Below are positions 1 to 9,960 of a stretch of 64,000 nucleotides of DNA, in pieces. Source of the stretch: a virus; IMG/VR virus record IMGVR_UViG_3300009551_000003, positions 1 to 64,000 of that record, one strand, 5' to 3'. Numbering within the stretch: the first letter of the stretch is position 1; each line of letters opens with the position of its first letter. The translations under genes and the position numbers were made by a program. Under the pieces are notes generated by a model. It was not told the origin of the DNA and ran no database searches. It saw only the letters and a list, made by a program, of their open reading frames with translations.

Positions 1-292
1 AACGAGACGTGTGAGTTGTATCGTAAAGCTTTGCGGCCATCCTGTAACGGACGTTGCAAAAACAGCCGGCCACGATCACGCTATCGAAGTGCCACGGATG
101 ATCATGGATCGTCGAGACGCCCGGGACAGCGAAGCGACTATCCCACAGGTTGAGCCGGAATCGCTTGGGATCAGACTTCGGTCCGAGATAGGTCCGGAGC
201 ATGCCGAAGCCTTGGAGCGACCACGAGTGAGCTTCGTGATTGCGCAGCACGCCCTCGACAAGCGGCATCAGAAAATTCGCGTCGGTTCGCAT
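1..292 (-). CDS. Cupin-like phage protein, runs off the window edge
   Basis: Hand translation from ATG at 292 (GGAG RBS upstream): MRTDANFLMPLVEG...TIHDHPWHFDSVIVAG. The HDHPWxF motif is typical of cupin folds. Confidence 0.6.
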   Translation of the reverse strand, partial: MRTDANFLMPLVEGVLRNHEAHSWSLQGFGMLRTYLGPKSDPKRFRLNLWDSRFAVPGVSTIHDHPWHFDSVIVAGCFCNVRYRMAAKLYDTTHTSR

Positions 293-401
293 CCGACTTT
301 CTCCCTAAAAAGGATGGTGGTGGCCCGAGGGTCCGAGCCGCCACTTAGCCCGGCCCGACTTCTACGGGCAGTAGGTCAGTTCCTAGCGGGACCTCGGGAG
401 C

Positions 402-896
402 TTACGCGAGCGGGTCGTCCGCGTCGGCAGCCGCGCCGCCGGCATTGGCAACGCCGTTCAACTCGACTTCGCACGCTTCATAGACCGCGTCGAAATTCTC
501 CGGCTTGACACTGGAGACGTTCTGCACTCCGGCATTCTCGTCGAGGATGTTGAGCGCAGCCTGCTTGCCGAGATTCGCGTTCGTGGCGACCTTCTTGATG
601 ATCTCGCGGACCTGTTCGGCAGTATGCTTGCCACCGGGAGCCTTCACATTGGCAGCGGACGTAGCGCCGGCAGCCTTATTGGTATTAGCGGCAGGAGCCG
701 GCGGGGTCTTCCCAGCCGTACCGGGTGCGGCGGACGGGCGATTCGCAGCGCCAGCGGGCGTCTTGCCGGCGCTGTTCTGGCCGGGAGAGGCCGCAGGCGT
801 CGGGTTCTTCGCGCCGCCGGCAGAAGCACCGCCCTTCAGAGCGGCATGGATATCGCTGAGCTTCTTGGAAATCTCAGTCAGGAGTGCGTCGGACAT
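402..896 (-). CDS. Hypothetical phage protein with an Ala/Pro-rich linker and a small helical C-terminal domain
   Basis: 164-aa ORF with phage-like codon use and a TTGACA promoter upstream (~965). Confidence 0.7.
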   Translation of the reverse strand: MSDALLTEISKKLSDIHAALKGGASAGGAKNPTPAASPGQNSAGKTPAGAANRPSAAPGTAGKTPPAPAANTNKAAGATSAANVKAPGGKHTAEQVREIIKKVATNANLGKQAALNILDENAGVQNVSSVKPENFDAVYEACEVELNGVANAGGAAADADDPLA

Positions 897-985
897 CGTG
901 GGGGACCTTGGTTCGGGGTTTGTGAAATCGTGGGCTTTCTTATAGGACCGCTTCGATCTGTCAAGGCAGCTAGGAAGAAATTTCT

Positions 986-1240
986 TCAGAGCATGCCGAG
1001 AGCGGCCATGTAGGTTTCGAGAATCGTCTCGGCCTCGGCGCGCTCATTGCTGTCCACCTTGCGGAGACGGACGATCGTGCGCAGCGCCTTCACGTCAAAG
1101 CCGCTGCCTTTCGCTTCGGCATAAACATCTCGGATGTCATCGCTGAGCGTCTTCTTCTCTTCCTCCAGTCGCTCGACGCGCTCGACGATAGCCTTCAACT
1201 GATCCTTGGCGATCTTCGTCGCTGGCGTTTCTTTTGACAT
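986..1240 (-). CDS. gapR: GapR / DUF2312 (UPF0335) nucleoid-associated DNA-binding protein
   Basis: [48 protein letters not shown]...YMAALGM matches the GapR family signature. Confidence 0.92.
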   Translation of the reverse strand: MSKETPATKIAKDQLKAIVERVERLEEEKKTLSDDIRDVYAEAKGSGFDVKALRTIVRLRKVDSNERAEAETILETYMAALGML

Positions 1241-1624
1241 TGGGGAGGTGACCTTTCAAAGGGTTTGAGAGAATAAGGGCGCCAACCTGTGCTCCCGCCC
1301 ACCGAGTCGAAACGCAAAAGCGGGAAGCACAGAGAGGAGACGCAACCCCAGTTCGGCTGGGCATCGTCTCGCTACTGCATTCCCGCGAATCTGTCAAGAT
1401 CGATTAAGCAAATAAAAACCCCGCCGGAAGACTGATGCGTCGCGACGGGGTTCTGTTTGCACGAAAGCTAGGGTCGGAATTACTTCTTCATGCCTGCCTC
1501 CTCTTGTGGTTTTTCTTAATCGCTGGCCCAACATACAGGTCAAGCAATCTTTGTCAATCCCAAGGTACTTGAAATAGTTAACCGACCATGATAGAGCCCG
1601 TGTCCATCCTAGAAAGCCATCTGC

Positions 1625-3901
1625 ATGCCCGGACTCACGCCGCAACAGTCCCTCGAACTTGCCTTGGACTATATCACACTCAATCCAGACCGCTACATTT
1701 TTCCGATTGCCGGCGGCAAAAAATTTCCTCCCCTGATCAAAAACAATCTCGCCGACGCCAGCAACAGCGAGGATCAGATCAGGACGTGGTGTCGCAAGTG
1801 GCCCGGCTGCAACTGGGCTCTCTCGCACAAGAAATCCAACAAGCTCGTCGTTGATATTGACACCAAGCCCGGCAAAAATGGACAGGCAACATTCGACGAC
1901 CTCGATCTGGAGTTTGGTTTCCCGCCGACCGAGATGACGCGCACGCCTAGCGGCGGCTTCCATCTGATCTATGACGGCATCCACATTTTCGCGCTCGGCA
2001 AGTACGGTTTCGGTGAAGATATCGACTCGCCGAACTACACTCTGATTCCGGGATGCAAATTCGATGACGGCACTGAATATGTCAGCGAGGGCAGCGCGCC
2101 GCTAGCGAAAGCGCCGCAATGGTTCTATGATCTGCTCGGCCGTGCCAAGGAAAAGAAGTCGGATGCCTCCGAAACTGCCGTCGAACTTGACAAGCCCGAG
2201 AACATTGAGTGGGCGCAGGACTTTCTCCGCAACGACGCCGAGCCGGCGATCGAGGGTAAGAACGGCGATTTTCAAACTCTGAAGATCGCGATGGGAGTGC
2301 GCGATCGTGGCATCAGTCAAGAGCAATGCTATGCCTTGATGCTCGAATATTACAACGAACGATGCGATCCGCCTTGGGAGCCGGCCGATCTGGAACGCAA
2401 GGTCACCAACGCCTACAACTATGCCAGCCAAACTCAACTCGGCGGCAAGACAGCAGAGGCCGACTTCGAAGGCGACGATGTTGATGTGGCCGCGATTCCG
2501 ACGTTCGGAGAACGCGATGTCATTGATCGCCAGCGCCAGCAACGGGAACAGGCTCGGCAGCGCGACGCGAATATCCCTTTTGATCAGCGACAGGCCGAAG
2601 TCACGGCAGCGCTTGCGCTTGACACCTATGTATATGTCGTCGCGATGGATCGCTTCGTCAACGTCACCAATGCCGACGAACCACTTCGGCGCGTTCAATT
2701 CGATTCGAAGTACCGCAAGCTCGTCAGCAAGTCGAAGTCATTCTCTGATCTCGTGCTGGCGAAGAAGAAAGGCGGCATCCGGATTTTCGATCGGGTCGGC
2801 TATGTTCCGGGAGAAGGCATCGCACTTGATGGCGGCTTGACTTGCAACCTCTATCGCCGCCCTGATGTGACACCGCTCGAAGGCGATGTGACGTGGTGGT
2901 ATGAACACCTCGAATATCTTTTTCCGGACGCGATCGACCGCTTCCATCTTATGAATTGGATATCGTGGTTCTATCAGAACCCGAAGTTGAAGCCGAAGCA
3001 CGCGTTGCTGTTGCAAGGCCACAAGCCCGGCACCGGCAAGAGCTTCATCGTTGATATGCTGGCCGCGACGATCGGCGAAAATAACCGTGAGGTCGTGTCG
3101 CAGACCGATCTCGGCGGCTCATTCAACGGCTACGCCATGCGTACCAAGCTGATCACAGTCGAGGAGCTTCGGGCCGTCGAGCGCGCCAACGTCAAGAACG
3201 CGTTGCACGATATCATCACGCAAGATTGGATCAGCATCAACGAAAAGAACATGCCTAAGTTTAAGATGCGTAATTGCTTCGGCGTGATTGGCATGACGAA
3301 TGACGACGCGGCGATCTCTCTCGACGCGGCAGATCGACGCTATCTCGTGCTGCGCACCGAAGCCGAGCCCCGGAGCGTCGCTTACTACGATAACCTCTAT
3401 GCCCGGCTCAACAATCCCGTGGATGTGGCAGCCATAGCTTGGATGTTCCAGACTTTCGACTATGGCGAATACAATGGCGCTGGCAAGGCTCCCTTCACTG
3501 CGGCGAAGGAAGAGATGATGGTCGCCGGCATGAGCGAGCTTGAGACGTGGATGATCGAACACCGCGATCAATGGCCGCTCTGCGGTCGCGTCACGACGCT
3601 GGCGGATGTGATCGACATCCTGCCGCCGAAGCTGGAGAAGATCGGGCGTCTGCACGCCTTCGTCGCGACGGCCCTGAAGACGCACTTCCAAGCTAAGATG
3701 GTCGGACAGCCTCGTGTCGGCAAAGCTCGACCTCGCTTGTTTGTGATCAACGGTTGCCCGGTCTTCACGATGGGGGGCCTTCAAGCGTGCGCCGACATCT
3801 ATGAGTTGGACCGCAAGAACAAGGCGGCTGGCCCGGATTCAGATTTCGATGTGGGCGGCAATGATGATCCGTCCGCCGAAGAAGATTTCAAAGAGGATTG
3901 A
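1625..3901 (+). CDS. Bifunctional primase-polymerase fused to an SF3/D5-like helicase
   Basis: N-terminal prim-pol motifs (VVDID, TPSGGFHL); C-terminal Walker A GHKPGTGKS, Walker B ITVEE, motif C MTN and DRRY. Confidence 0.9.
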   Translation: MPGLTPQQSLELALDYITLNPDRYIFPIAGGKKFPPLIKNNLADASNSEDQIRTWCRKWPGCNWALSHKKSNKLVVDIDTKPGKNGQATFDDLDLEFGFPPTEMTRTPSGGFHLIYDGIHIFALGKYGFGEDIDSPNYTLIPGCKFDDGTEYVSEGSAPLAKAPQWFYDLLGRAKEKKSDASETAVELDKPENIEWAQDFLRNDAEPAIEGKNGDFQTLKIAMGVRDRGISQEQCYALMLEYYNERCDPPWEPADLERKVTNAYNYASQTQLGGKTAEADFEGDDVDVAAIPTFGERDVIDRQRQQREQARQRDANIPFDQRQAEVTAALALDTYVYVVAMDRFVNVTNADEPLRRVQFDSKYRKLVSKSKSFSDLVLAKKKGGIRIFDRVGYVPGEGIALDGGLTCNLYRRPDVTPLEGDVTWWYEHLEYLFPDAIDRFHLMNWISWFYQNPKLKPKHALLLQGHKPGTGKSFIVDMLAATIGENNREVVSQTDLGGSFNGYAMRTKLITVEELRAVERANVKNALHDIITQDWISINEKNMPKFKMRNCFGVIGMTNDDAAISLDAADRRYLVLRTEAEPRSVAYYDNLYARLNNPVDVAAIAWMFQTFDYGEYNGAGKAPFTAAKEEMMVAGMSELETWMIEHRDQWPLCGRVTTLADVIDILPPKLEKIGRLHAFVATALKTHFQAKMVGQPRVGKARPRLFVINGCPVFTMGGLQACADIYELDRKNKAAGPDSDFDVGGNDDPSAEEDFKED

Positions 3902-3922
3902 CGCCGGCCGCGTTTGGCGCTA
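3898..3922 (+). promoter_or_regulatory. Sigma70-type promoter TTGAC-N16-GCTA
   Basis: TTGAC gccggccgcgtttggc GCTA; the same spacing recurs at 23548, 24952, 27415, 35046, 37302, 40995 and 22557(-). Confidence 0.6.
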
Positions 3923-3929
3923 ACATCTG

Positions 3930-4298
3930 AATCCCAATCTAAGTGTGATCGGAAGTAGTAAGCGAGACAGGGGTTGCAAGTCCTGTTTCTGCCCAGCCGG
4001 TGCCCCGCTAGTCCCGAGGGCAAGGTGTGCAGTAGCGCGAATGCGAGGAGCGTCCTCCTAGGACACGTCTTCAACGCAGCGTCGAGGCGCAAATCGGGAG
4101 GAGAGATAACACTGCGGCCCGACGAGCCGCCACTTGGGGAGGGACTTTCTTCGCGAGCGCGCCAGCGCTCTTGCGCACTACAGCTAGTCCGAGAAAATTC
4201 GGTGCGCGCTCTCGAAGATAGCTACACACTGCGGGCAAGCGACCTCCGCAGTGGCCCACGTGCAGAAGTGCGGAACCTCGCCGCGCACGTGGGCACCA
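3930..4298 (+). ncRNA. Candidate structured noncoding RNA A
   Basis: ~370-nt intergenic gap between convergent genes, following a promoter; stems GAGACAGG/CCTGTTTC, TCTTCGCGAGCGCG/CGCGCTCTCGAAGA, CACTGCGG/CCGCAGTG and GCCCACGTGC/GCACGTGGGC. Confidence 0.5.
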
Positions 4299-4300
4299 AG

Positions 4301-4534
4301 TCATCTCCGCTTCGCCTTTGGTTTCTTAGGCAGCGATTTCAGATATTCGAAGCGCTCGACTTTCTTGCGAGCCTCGGCCTCCTCAATATCCTTCCTCAAC
4401 TGTCGTGTCGCCGCCTCCTCGTGCTTTGCCGGCACCCGGAACGCCGTGCCTTGCTTGGTGAGCTTGCGTCCCTTCCACGCGGCGTCACGTTCGCTCTGCG
4501 GAATCCGCAGATAGTCAGGTATGCCCTCAGTCAT
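4301..4534 (-). CDS. Small basic hypothetical protein
   Basis: 77-aa ORF with a GGAG RBS. Confidence 0.7.
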   Translation of the reverse strand: MTEGIPDYLRIPQSERDAAWKGRKLTKQGTAFRVPAKHEEAATRQLRKDIEEAEARKKVERFEYLKSLPKKPKAKRR

Positions 4535-4595
4535 TTTTGTGTCCTCCGTTGCCCCGGCACCGCGCTCAAATGCGCGGCCCGGGGCGGTTTGAAGT

Positions 4596-5318
4596 TTAGT
4601 AGCCTACTTGTTTAATCTTCACCGCTGGCGGGTCGCCAGCGGGCCGTATCAACTCGCCCATACCCCCGACCTCAGTCGCTTCGGTACAGCGATAGACGGC
4701 GTACTTCGTGGCCTTCTGGCCTTGAAGTCCATTGCGGTTCATGCGGGCGATAGCAGCGGCGGCCGATTGATTGCTTCGGCCCCAGCCGTGGTTGTTGCCG
4801 ACCGCGATGAACCACTTCAGAGGATCATCGGGGTTGTTCGCTATGTCGGCCTCGATCGCCGGATTGATGTTCTTCACATCCTCCCGGAGCTTCCAGTATC
4901 CATAGACGCATCGCGTGCCGTCGCGCGACCCGTCGTAGGTATCATGGATTTCCCCATCGATCACCGCGACCACATGCTTGCTCACTCGCACCACGAGCCG
5001 CCCGGCTGGAAGCTCTCCAGCCTTGAGATGGACCTTGCAGCCCTCGCCGATCTTCATCGTCGCGGTCCACTCGAAACCAATCTCAGCCATGTAGTCCTTG
5101 AACCATTTGCGTCCAACGTAGATGCCGTTACGGGCGCTGCGCGGTTGCTTCTTGGTTCGTTTCGAGGCCCGCTGTTGAACCATCCCGCCAGCGAGGCGAT
5201 CGTAGACCTCTTGGTAGGGGAGGTTCGCTGCGATCGAGATGGCTCGTGCCACGCAATCGCCCGCGCTTCCTCGGAAGCCGGCAGCCTTTCGGCCGCCGTC
5301 ATTGTTGACGTGCTTCAT
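4596..5318 (-). CDS. Phage protein with a papain-like Cys/His motif
   Basis: Likely start MKHVNNDGG; motifs GDCVARAISIA and KHVVAVIDGEIHDTYD. Confidence 0.6.
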   Translation of the reverse strand: MKHVNNDGGRKAAGFRGSAGDCVARAISIAANLPYQEVYDRLAGGMVQQRASKRTKKQPRSARNGIYVGRKWFKDYMAEIGFEWTATMKIGEGCKVHLKAGELPAGRLVVRVSKHVVAVIDGEIHDTYDGSRDGTRCVYGYWKLREDVKNINPAIEADIANNPDDPLKWFIAVGNNHGWGRSNQSAAAAIARMNRNGLQGQKATKYAVYRCTEATEVGGMGELIRPAGDPPAVKIKQVGY

Positions 5319-5401
5319 CTGATATACCTCTTCAAACAGCCCACGCTCTTTATTGAGCGCGTGAGAGAAGTATAGCATATCGACTTTTGGGATTTTGCGT
5401 T

Positions 5402-5833
5402 TTAGTCGAGATCGAGGTTCGAGAACCGCTGCGCCAGAGGCGTTTCTTGCATTTTCTCGGAGGGCTTGACAGGCCCTACAAGCGGATAACTTGCATCGAA
5501 GTCGTCGTCCGGAATGAAAGAAGTGGCCAGTTTTGTTAGGTTCGGTTCGGTCGAAAAATTTTTTCTAGCGATCCCGTAGCTTTCTCGATCGGGAAGATAC
5601 TTCACAGTGAAAGAGGGGCCAAATTCTATCTGCATCAACTGCTCGGTCGTCTCGCCGTAATCGATCAGCACAGTTTGATCCTGACACCTTATTCCTGATC
5701 TTAGCGAATAGTGATTGAGCGTCCTCGGTTGAATCGGCGGCCACGTCTGCTCGCAAAACTTGCGCGGCAGTTGCAGGCTCTCGCCTGCGCCGAGATTTCG
5801 ACACGCTTGTTCGATCATCCTTACGTCAGTCAT
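5402..5833 (-). CDS. Hypothetical protein ending PLAQRFSNLDLD
   Basis: 143-aa ORF closely following the upstream gene. Confidence 0.7.
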   Translation of the reverse strand: MTDVRMIEQACRNLGAGESLQLPRKFCEQTWPPIQPRTLNHYSLRSGIRCQDQTVLIDYGETTEQLMQIEFGPSFTVKYLPDRESYGIARKNFSTEPNLTKLATSFIPDDDFDASYPLVGPVKPSEKMQETPLAQRFSNLDLD

Positions 5834-5835
5834 GT

Positions 5836-6534
5836 CTAGTCGTCGAGGTCGAGATTGGAGAATCGTTGCACCAAGGGCGGCTCTTTTGGCGTCGGCGCGC
5901 TGGCTTGGTTCGCTTGGGGTGTGGAGCCGCGCTTGGGACGCGGAGTCTTCACCGGGACCGGATAGGACGGTGGGCGGCTCCAGTCGGCCATGCCGTATGC
6001 AGGCTCTTGCCGTTCACCGGGGAAGTCCTTGGTCATAGCAACGCGGCGCACATAATAATTATCGCAGCGCATGCCATCTTGATAGACTTCAAAGTCAGGG
6101 CCGAGAGCCCGGCCCAAACGATCAGCCGGCGACCGGCGCGTGATGGTCGCCGTATTCGAGATGGGGCTGTTCCATTCGTTGATCTCGACGAGCGTCAAAG
6201 CCGGAGCATCATACTCGTTTCGGTACGGAAAAGCCTCCTCGACAAGCTGGCGCGGGAGAGTGCGGACTTGCCCTGTCACCAACTGCCGAGCCATGTAGGC
6301 TATGTGATCTTGCGCCCCTCGACCGTCGTCTTTCATTTTGTTCGTCTTCCTGATCGCCAGAGCGCGGCTGTCTGACAGAATCCAGTTAATCACGGTTTGC
6401 TGGCGAGCGCCACTGTAAAGAATTTGACACGGCCGCAATCCGCAATGGAAGAGCAGACGCGAGACATCGGTGTCATAAATCTCGCTCCAGCCGTCACGGC
6501 CGGGTAAGATCGGTTTGATGTTCGGGAATGCCAT
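5836..6534 (-). CDS. Hypothetical protein ending PLVQRFSNLDLDD
   Basis: Start MAFPNIK after a GAGGGG RBS. Confidence 0.7.
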   Translation of the reverse strand: MAFPNIKPILPGRDGWSEIYDTDVSRLLFHCGLRPCQILYSGARQQTVINWILSDSRALAIRKTNKMKDDGRGAQDHIAYMARQLVTGQVRTLPRQLVEEAFPYRNEYDAPALTLVEINEWNSPISNTATITRRSPADRLGRALGPDFEVYQDGMRCDNYYVRRVAMTKDFPGERQEPAYGMADWSRPPSYPVPVKTPRPKRGSTPQANQASAPTPKEPPLVQRFSNLDLDD

Positions 6535-6776
6535 GGCCGCCCCCTCGTTTCGTGGCAGCCTAGCAGGCTTGCCGTGGCCAGCCAACTAGCCGTTAGCCGG
6601 ATTCCGGCATAGGAGGCCGGAACGCTGGGGAAGCTACCGGCGGGCTCGCCAAGGGCTCGGATAGTACCGATCGGTCGATCGGTCGATCGCGTGGACGTGG
6701 CCCCGCAGCTTCTTTGCCGGCGGCATCTTGGCAAGGCGCCGTAGCGCCCTGCGCGCTTTCTTTGGAACCTTGTGCA

Positions 6777-7319
6777 TCACTCCGCCGCGACGACGCGGTA
6801 GGGATAGGTCCGGACCCGGTCCTCGATATAGACCGGCGCGATCTGTTTCGTCTCCGGGTTGAGGCAGACAACCCATGTGCCCTCCGCCGTCGTCGGCATA
6901 TAGAGGCCGTTCGGTTCCGGCTGATCCGCCTCGAAGGTGCGCCACTCTCCCTGATAGTTGAAGCCGGCCGGGTAGGTTGATCGCCGCACCACGGGAGCCT
7001 TGGGCGCCGTGTATTGAGTTGCGTAGGGGACTGGATAGCCAATTGAGTTGGTCCCCTTGCAAACCTCGTGCAGCTTGCCGTTGAGGTCCGTGATGTAAGT
7101 ATAGGTGACGAGCTTCGGGTCGTCGCGAAGCTCATAGATCATCTTGAGCAGCCGCTTCTCGGTGCCGTTGATGACGGCAGGATAGCCTACCGCGACCGAG
7201 ATGTTATCGGTCGCCGTCATGGTCGCCTTCGTCTCACGCGCCGCGCTCGACGTGTCTTCCGAACATGCCGCGAGCGCGAGCGCCGGCAGCAACATGAGGA
7301 TCAGGAAAAGTTTTCGCAA
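6777..7319 (-). CDS. Putative lipoprotein
   Basis: Hydrophobic signal with lipobox LALAAC. Confidence 0.7.
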   Translation of the reverse strand: MRKLFLILMLLPALALAACSEDTSSAARETKATMTATDNISVAVGYPAVINGTEKRLLKMIYELRDDPKLVTYTYITDLNGKLHEVCKGTNSIGYPVPYATQYTAPKAPVVRRSTYPAGFNYQGEWRTFEADQPEPNGLYMPTTAEGTWVVCLNPETKQIAPVYIEDRVRTYPYRVVAAE

Positions 7320-7321
7320 GG

Positions 7322-7642
7322 TCAGCCTCCGAGTTGAATGAGGAACGCTTGCAAATCAAGCGGCAGACGCGTTCGATCGAGCGCGTCTGCCTCGTGAAGG
7401 GCAAACGACCTAATGGTTGCCCGCTCGTCATCGGTCTTGGCTTGCGAGTATTGCAGCTTCAACCGATAGAGTTCGCGGCTAGCTCCCTCGCTGTAGGCTC
7501 GGGATTGGATCATCGTGTCGCGACGGACAGCTTCCATACGCGGCGCGAAAAACTGGTATTGAGAAAGGCCGAACAGATTCAGCCCAAAGATCGCGGCCAG
7601 CAACAGTGCCAAGCCGAGTAGCGAAGTAAGAACAATCTTCAT
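7322..7642 (-). CDS. Membrane-anchored protein, probably partnered with the adjacent lipoprotein
   Basis: N-terminal transmembrane helix and GGAG RBS. Confidence 0.7.
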   Translation of the reverse strand: MKIVLTSLLGLALLLAAIFGLNLFGLSQYQFFAPRMEAVRRDTMIQSRAYSEGASRELYRLKLQYSQAKTDDERATIRSFALHEADALDRTRLPLDLQAFLIQLGG

Positions 7643-7693
7643 GTTTTTATTCTCCGGTTGGATTGCCCAGTATGGGTCGGGAAAGGGGAATAT

Positions 7694-9308
7694 TTAAAAA
7701 TTTTGCGCTTCCGCCGCGCGCCACGCGTTGACCTCGTCGAGCGTCATTGATCGAAGTCCCTTCGAAGGTGCGCCACTCAGGGTCTCTGCCGTCAGCTTGG
7801 CTGCTATCGATAATTGAACATGGTCGAGATTACTCTCGTCAACGACGGCCGACCAACTGGCAACGATTTGATTTTCATAGGCGTCGATGCACATGCGTTG
7901 AACCGTGATCAAAAACTGTTGCTCACCCGACATACGGATAGTCCCTTCGTCGCCTAACGTGCGTCGCGATCTGCCGTCGTTGCCGCCCTCCGTCTTCGAG
8001 GCCTCTCGGCAGCAAGCCTCGGGCATTGAGCAGTTTGTAGGCGTAGTTCGGAGAGAGCCCGAACTCGTTGACGGCGATCTTGTCGGCTGCCGACATGCCA
8101 TGCTGGAAATACGCAGTGACGATACGCTCGCGCTCCGCACTGTCCAGCCGCCGGCCGCCGATTCCGTACATCAGTGCACCGTAGGTAAACCGAGCCGCGC
8201 CATCTCAGCATCGAGCTTGGCGTCGGCCTCCTCCAGACATTCCAGCACCTCGACAAGCGAGTCGTTGTCGAGCGCCGTCTCGACGACGGCATACATATCG
8301 TCATGAACCTTGAGGAAAAACTCCAGCGCCCGCGTGGCAGCGGCGCCGCGTGCGACGAGCAGCGCGTCCAATGCGGCGCGATGCTCCATCATCTTGACCT
8401 GAAGCGTCGGCGACATCACAGGCCCCATCCTGCCATGTGCCAGAGCCAACCACTGCACAGGATGCTGAGCGGATACAGGAAAGAAGGGAGCGTGCCGGCG
8501 AGCGCGCTCATGGCCTTCTGCCCTTGGAAAATCAGCGGCTTCGGCAAAAACACCTGCAAGACAGCCATGGCACCGACCAGTGCATAGATCGACGGGAGGC
8601 CAAAAGTAGGGAACAGTGGCAGCATGAACCATGCCCAAAGAATCTGGGCAACCCAGCCGCGCCACCAAAGGATAGGCACGATCAGCGCCACTGCAATCGT
8701 TGTCGAGAACAAAGCGCCCCACGGGAAGCCTGCCTTCTCCGCTCGCGCTTTGCCCAACAATTTTGCCACTAGCTCGATCCTCTCGCGGACTTCGGCATCG
8801 GTTAGCTGGGAGGGCTTATCGGTCGTCATTGGTCAATTACCTTTTCATGAGAGGAGGTCTTCGAGGCCGGCGTCTTCAGATGCCATCTCTTCATATCGCG
8901 TTCTGCGATCGTCAATCTCGCTCGGCTGCACCGAATAGTTGATGCAGTGAATCAGGAAAGCCTTGTCAGGTCCGCCGGCCAATGTCAAGCACAGTTGCGC
9001 GCAACGGGCACGCTCCTCCTCGACGTAGGCCATGGTGAGCTTGTCAGACATCAAAGCTCCTCGGGGATGCGACGGTAGCCGTTATTGTCGAGCAGATAAC
9101 GGAACTCAACCTCGGCGTCCAAGGCTGCTTGCTCTTCGGCCGTATGGCCATTGCGCGCGGCGGAAGCTTTCCAGTCCAAAACAAAGTCCCTTGAACCTTC
9201 TGCCGTCAGCCCGATATGAGCGCGCCACTTTGACCCGGCAATCTCGTAATACCAATAGGAAAGAACGCCGTTCCGAATTTTCCGATATATTTTAGCCGAA
9301 CAGATCAC
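7694..9308 (-). CDS. Run of short hypothetical genes (7694-7933, 7923-8171, 8171-8416, 8416-8829 membrane protein, 8845-9054, 9051-9308)
   Basis: Co-oriented ORFs with overlapping or abutting start and stop codons. Confidence 0.6.
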
Positions 9309-9311
9309 TCC

Positions 9312-9956
9312 TCACTTCTCCTGCCAGTGCGACCAAACGCGATGGGCCTGCACGATGCAGTCATGGATCGGCTCGTGCGGATAGCCGGCCGGATCAAGAG
9401 CCGGGCCGATATCCATGATCCGCGACTGTGGAGTTTCCGCGCAGAACGTCCGCATGTCACGCGGTTTTTGATAGTACCACACTGGCTCTGTCTCTCCGAT
9501 CTGATCGGCGAGGTGTTCGATGTTGCTCAGATCGAATTGCGTGCCGTTGGCCCATATGCGCGGCGCGACGGCCGTGAACTCCCGCACGTGGCGGATGATA
9601 TCGGCTAGTGGCTGTTGATCGTCAGCGTGCCAGAGCCAATGCTCTTTGGCTCCCGGGCTCTGATCCATCCAGAATTTTTGCGTACTTTTGCTGACTTCGC
9701 GGCCAAGCGCAAGTTGATGTAGAATGCTCGGGAGGAGAAGCGACCGCTTACCGAATCGAAGCCCGTCGCGTTGACTGGCATCGAACTCGACCATGCCGAT
9801 CGACAAAATCAGAGCGTTGTGCTTGCTCAGCGACATCGTCTCGATATCGATCATGACATCGTAGACGAAGACCGTCTCCGGTTTCGGCTCGGCAGGGGTA
9901 GGTTCGCAATGAAACTCCGGGTCCCCAATGATCTCATTCATGCTGTTTACTTTCAT
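9312..9956 (-). CDS. DEDDh 3'-5' exonuclease/exoribonuclease (Rv2179c-like)
   Basis: VMIDIET, ILSIG, WANGTQFD, RDMRT and H...DC motifs. Confidence 0.85.
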   Translation of the reverse strand: MKVNSMNEIIGDPEFHCEPTPAEPKPETVFVYDVMIDIETMSLSKHNALILSIGMVEFDASQRDGLRFGKRSLLLPSILHQLALGREVSKSTQKFWMDQSPGAKEHWLWHADDQQPLADIIRHVREFTAVAPRIWANGTQFDLSNIEHLADQIGETEPVWYYQKPRDMRTFCAETPQSRIMDIGPALDPAGYPHEPIHDCIVQAHRVWSHWQEK

Positions 9957-9960
9957 CTTT

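Noticed and set aside
2102-3784. Long minus-strand ORFs inside the primase (likewise opposite rtcB, terL, portal and the fibre genes)
   Set aside because: These are antisense shadow ORFs expected in high-GC coding DNA; they have no motifs or RBS.
3974-4615. 213-aa + strand ORF across ncRNA candidate A
   Set aside because: TTG start without an RBS, Arg/Ser/Leu-rich composition, and antisense overlap with a better gene at 4301-4534.
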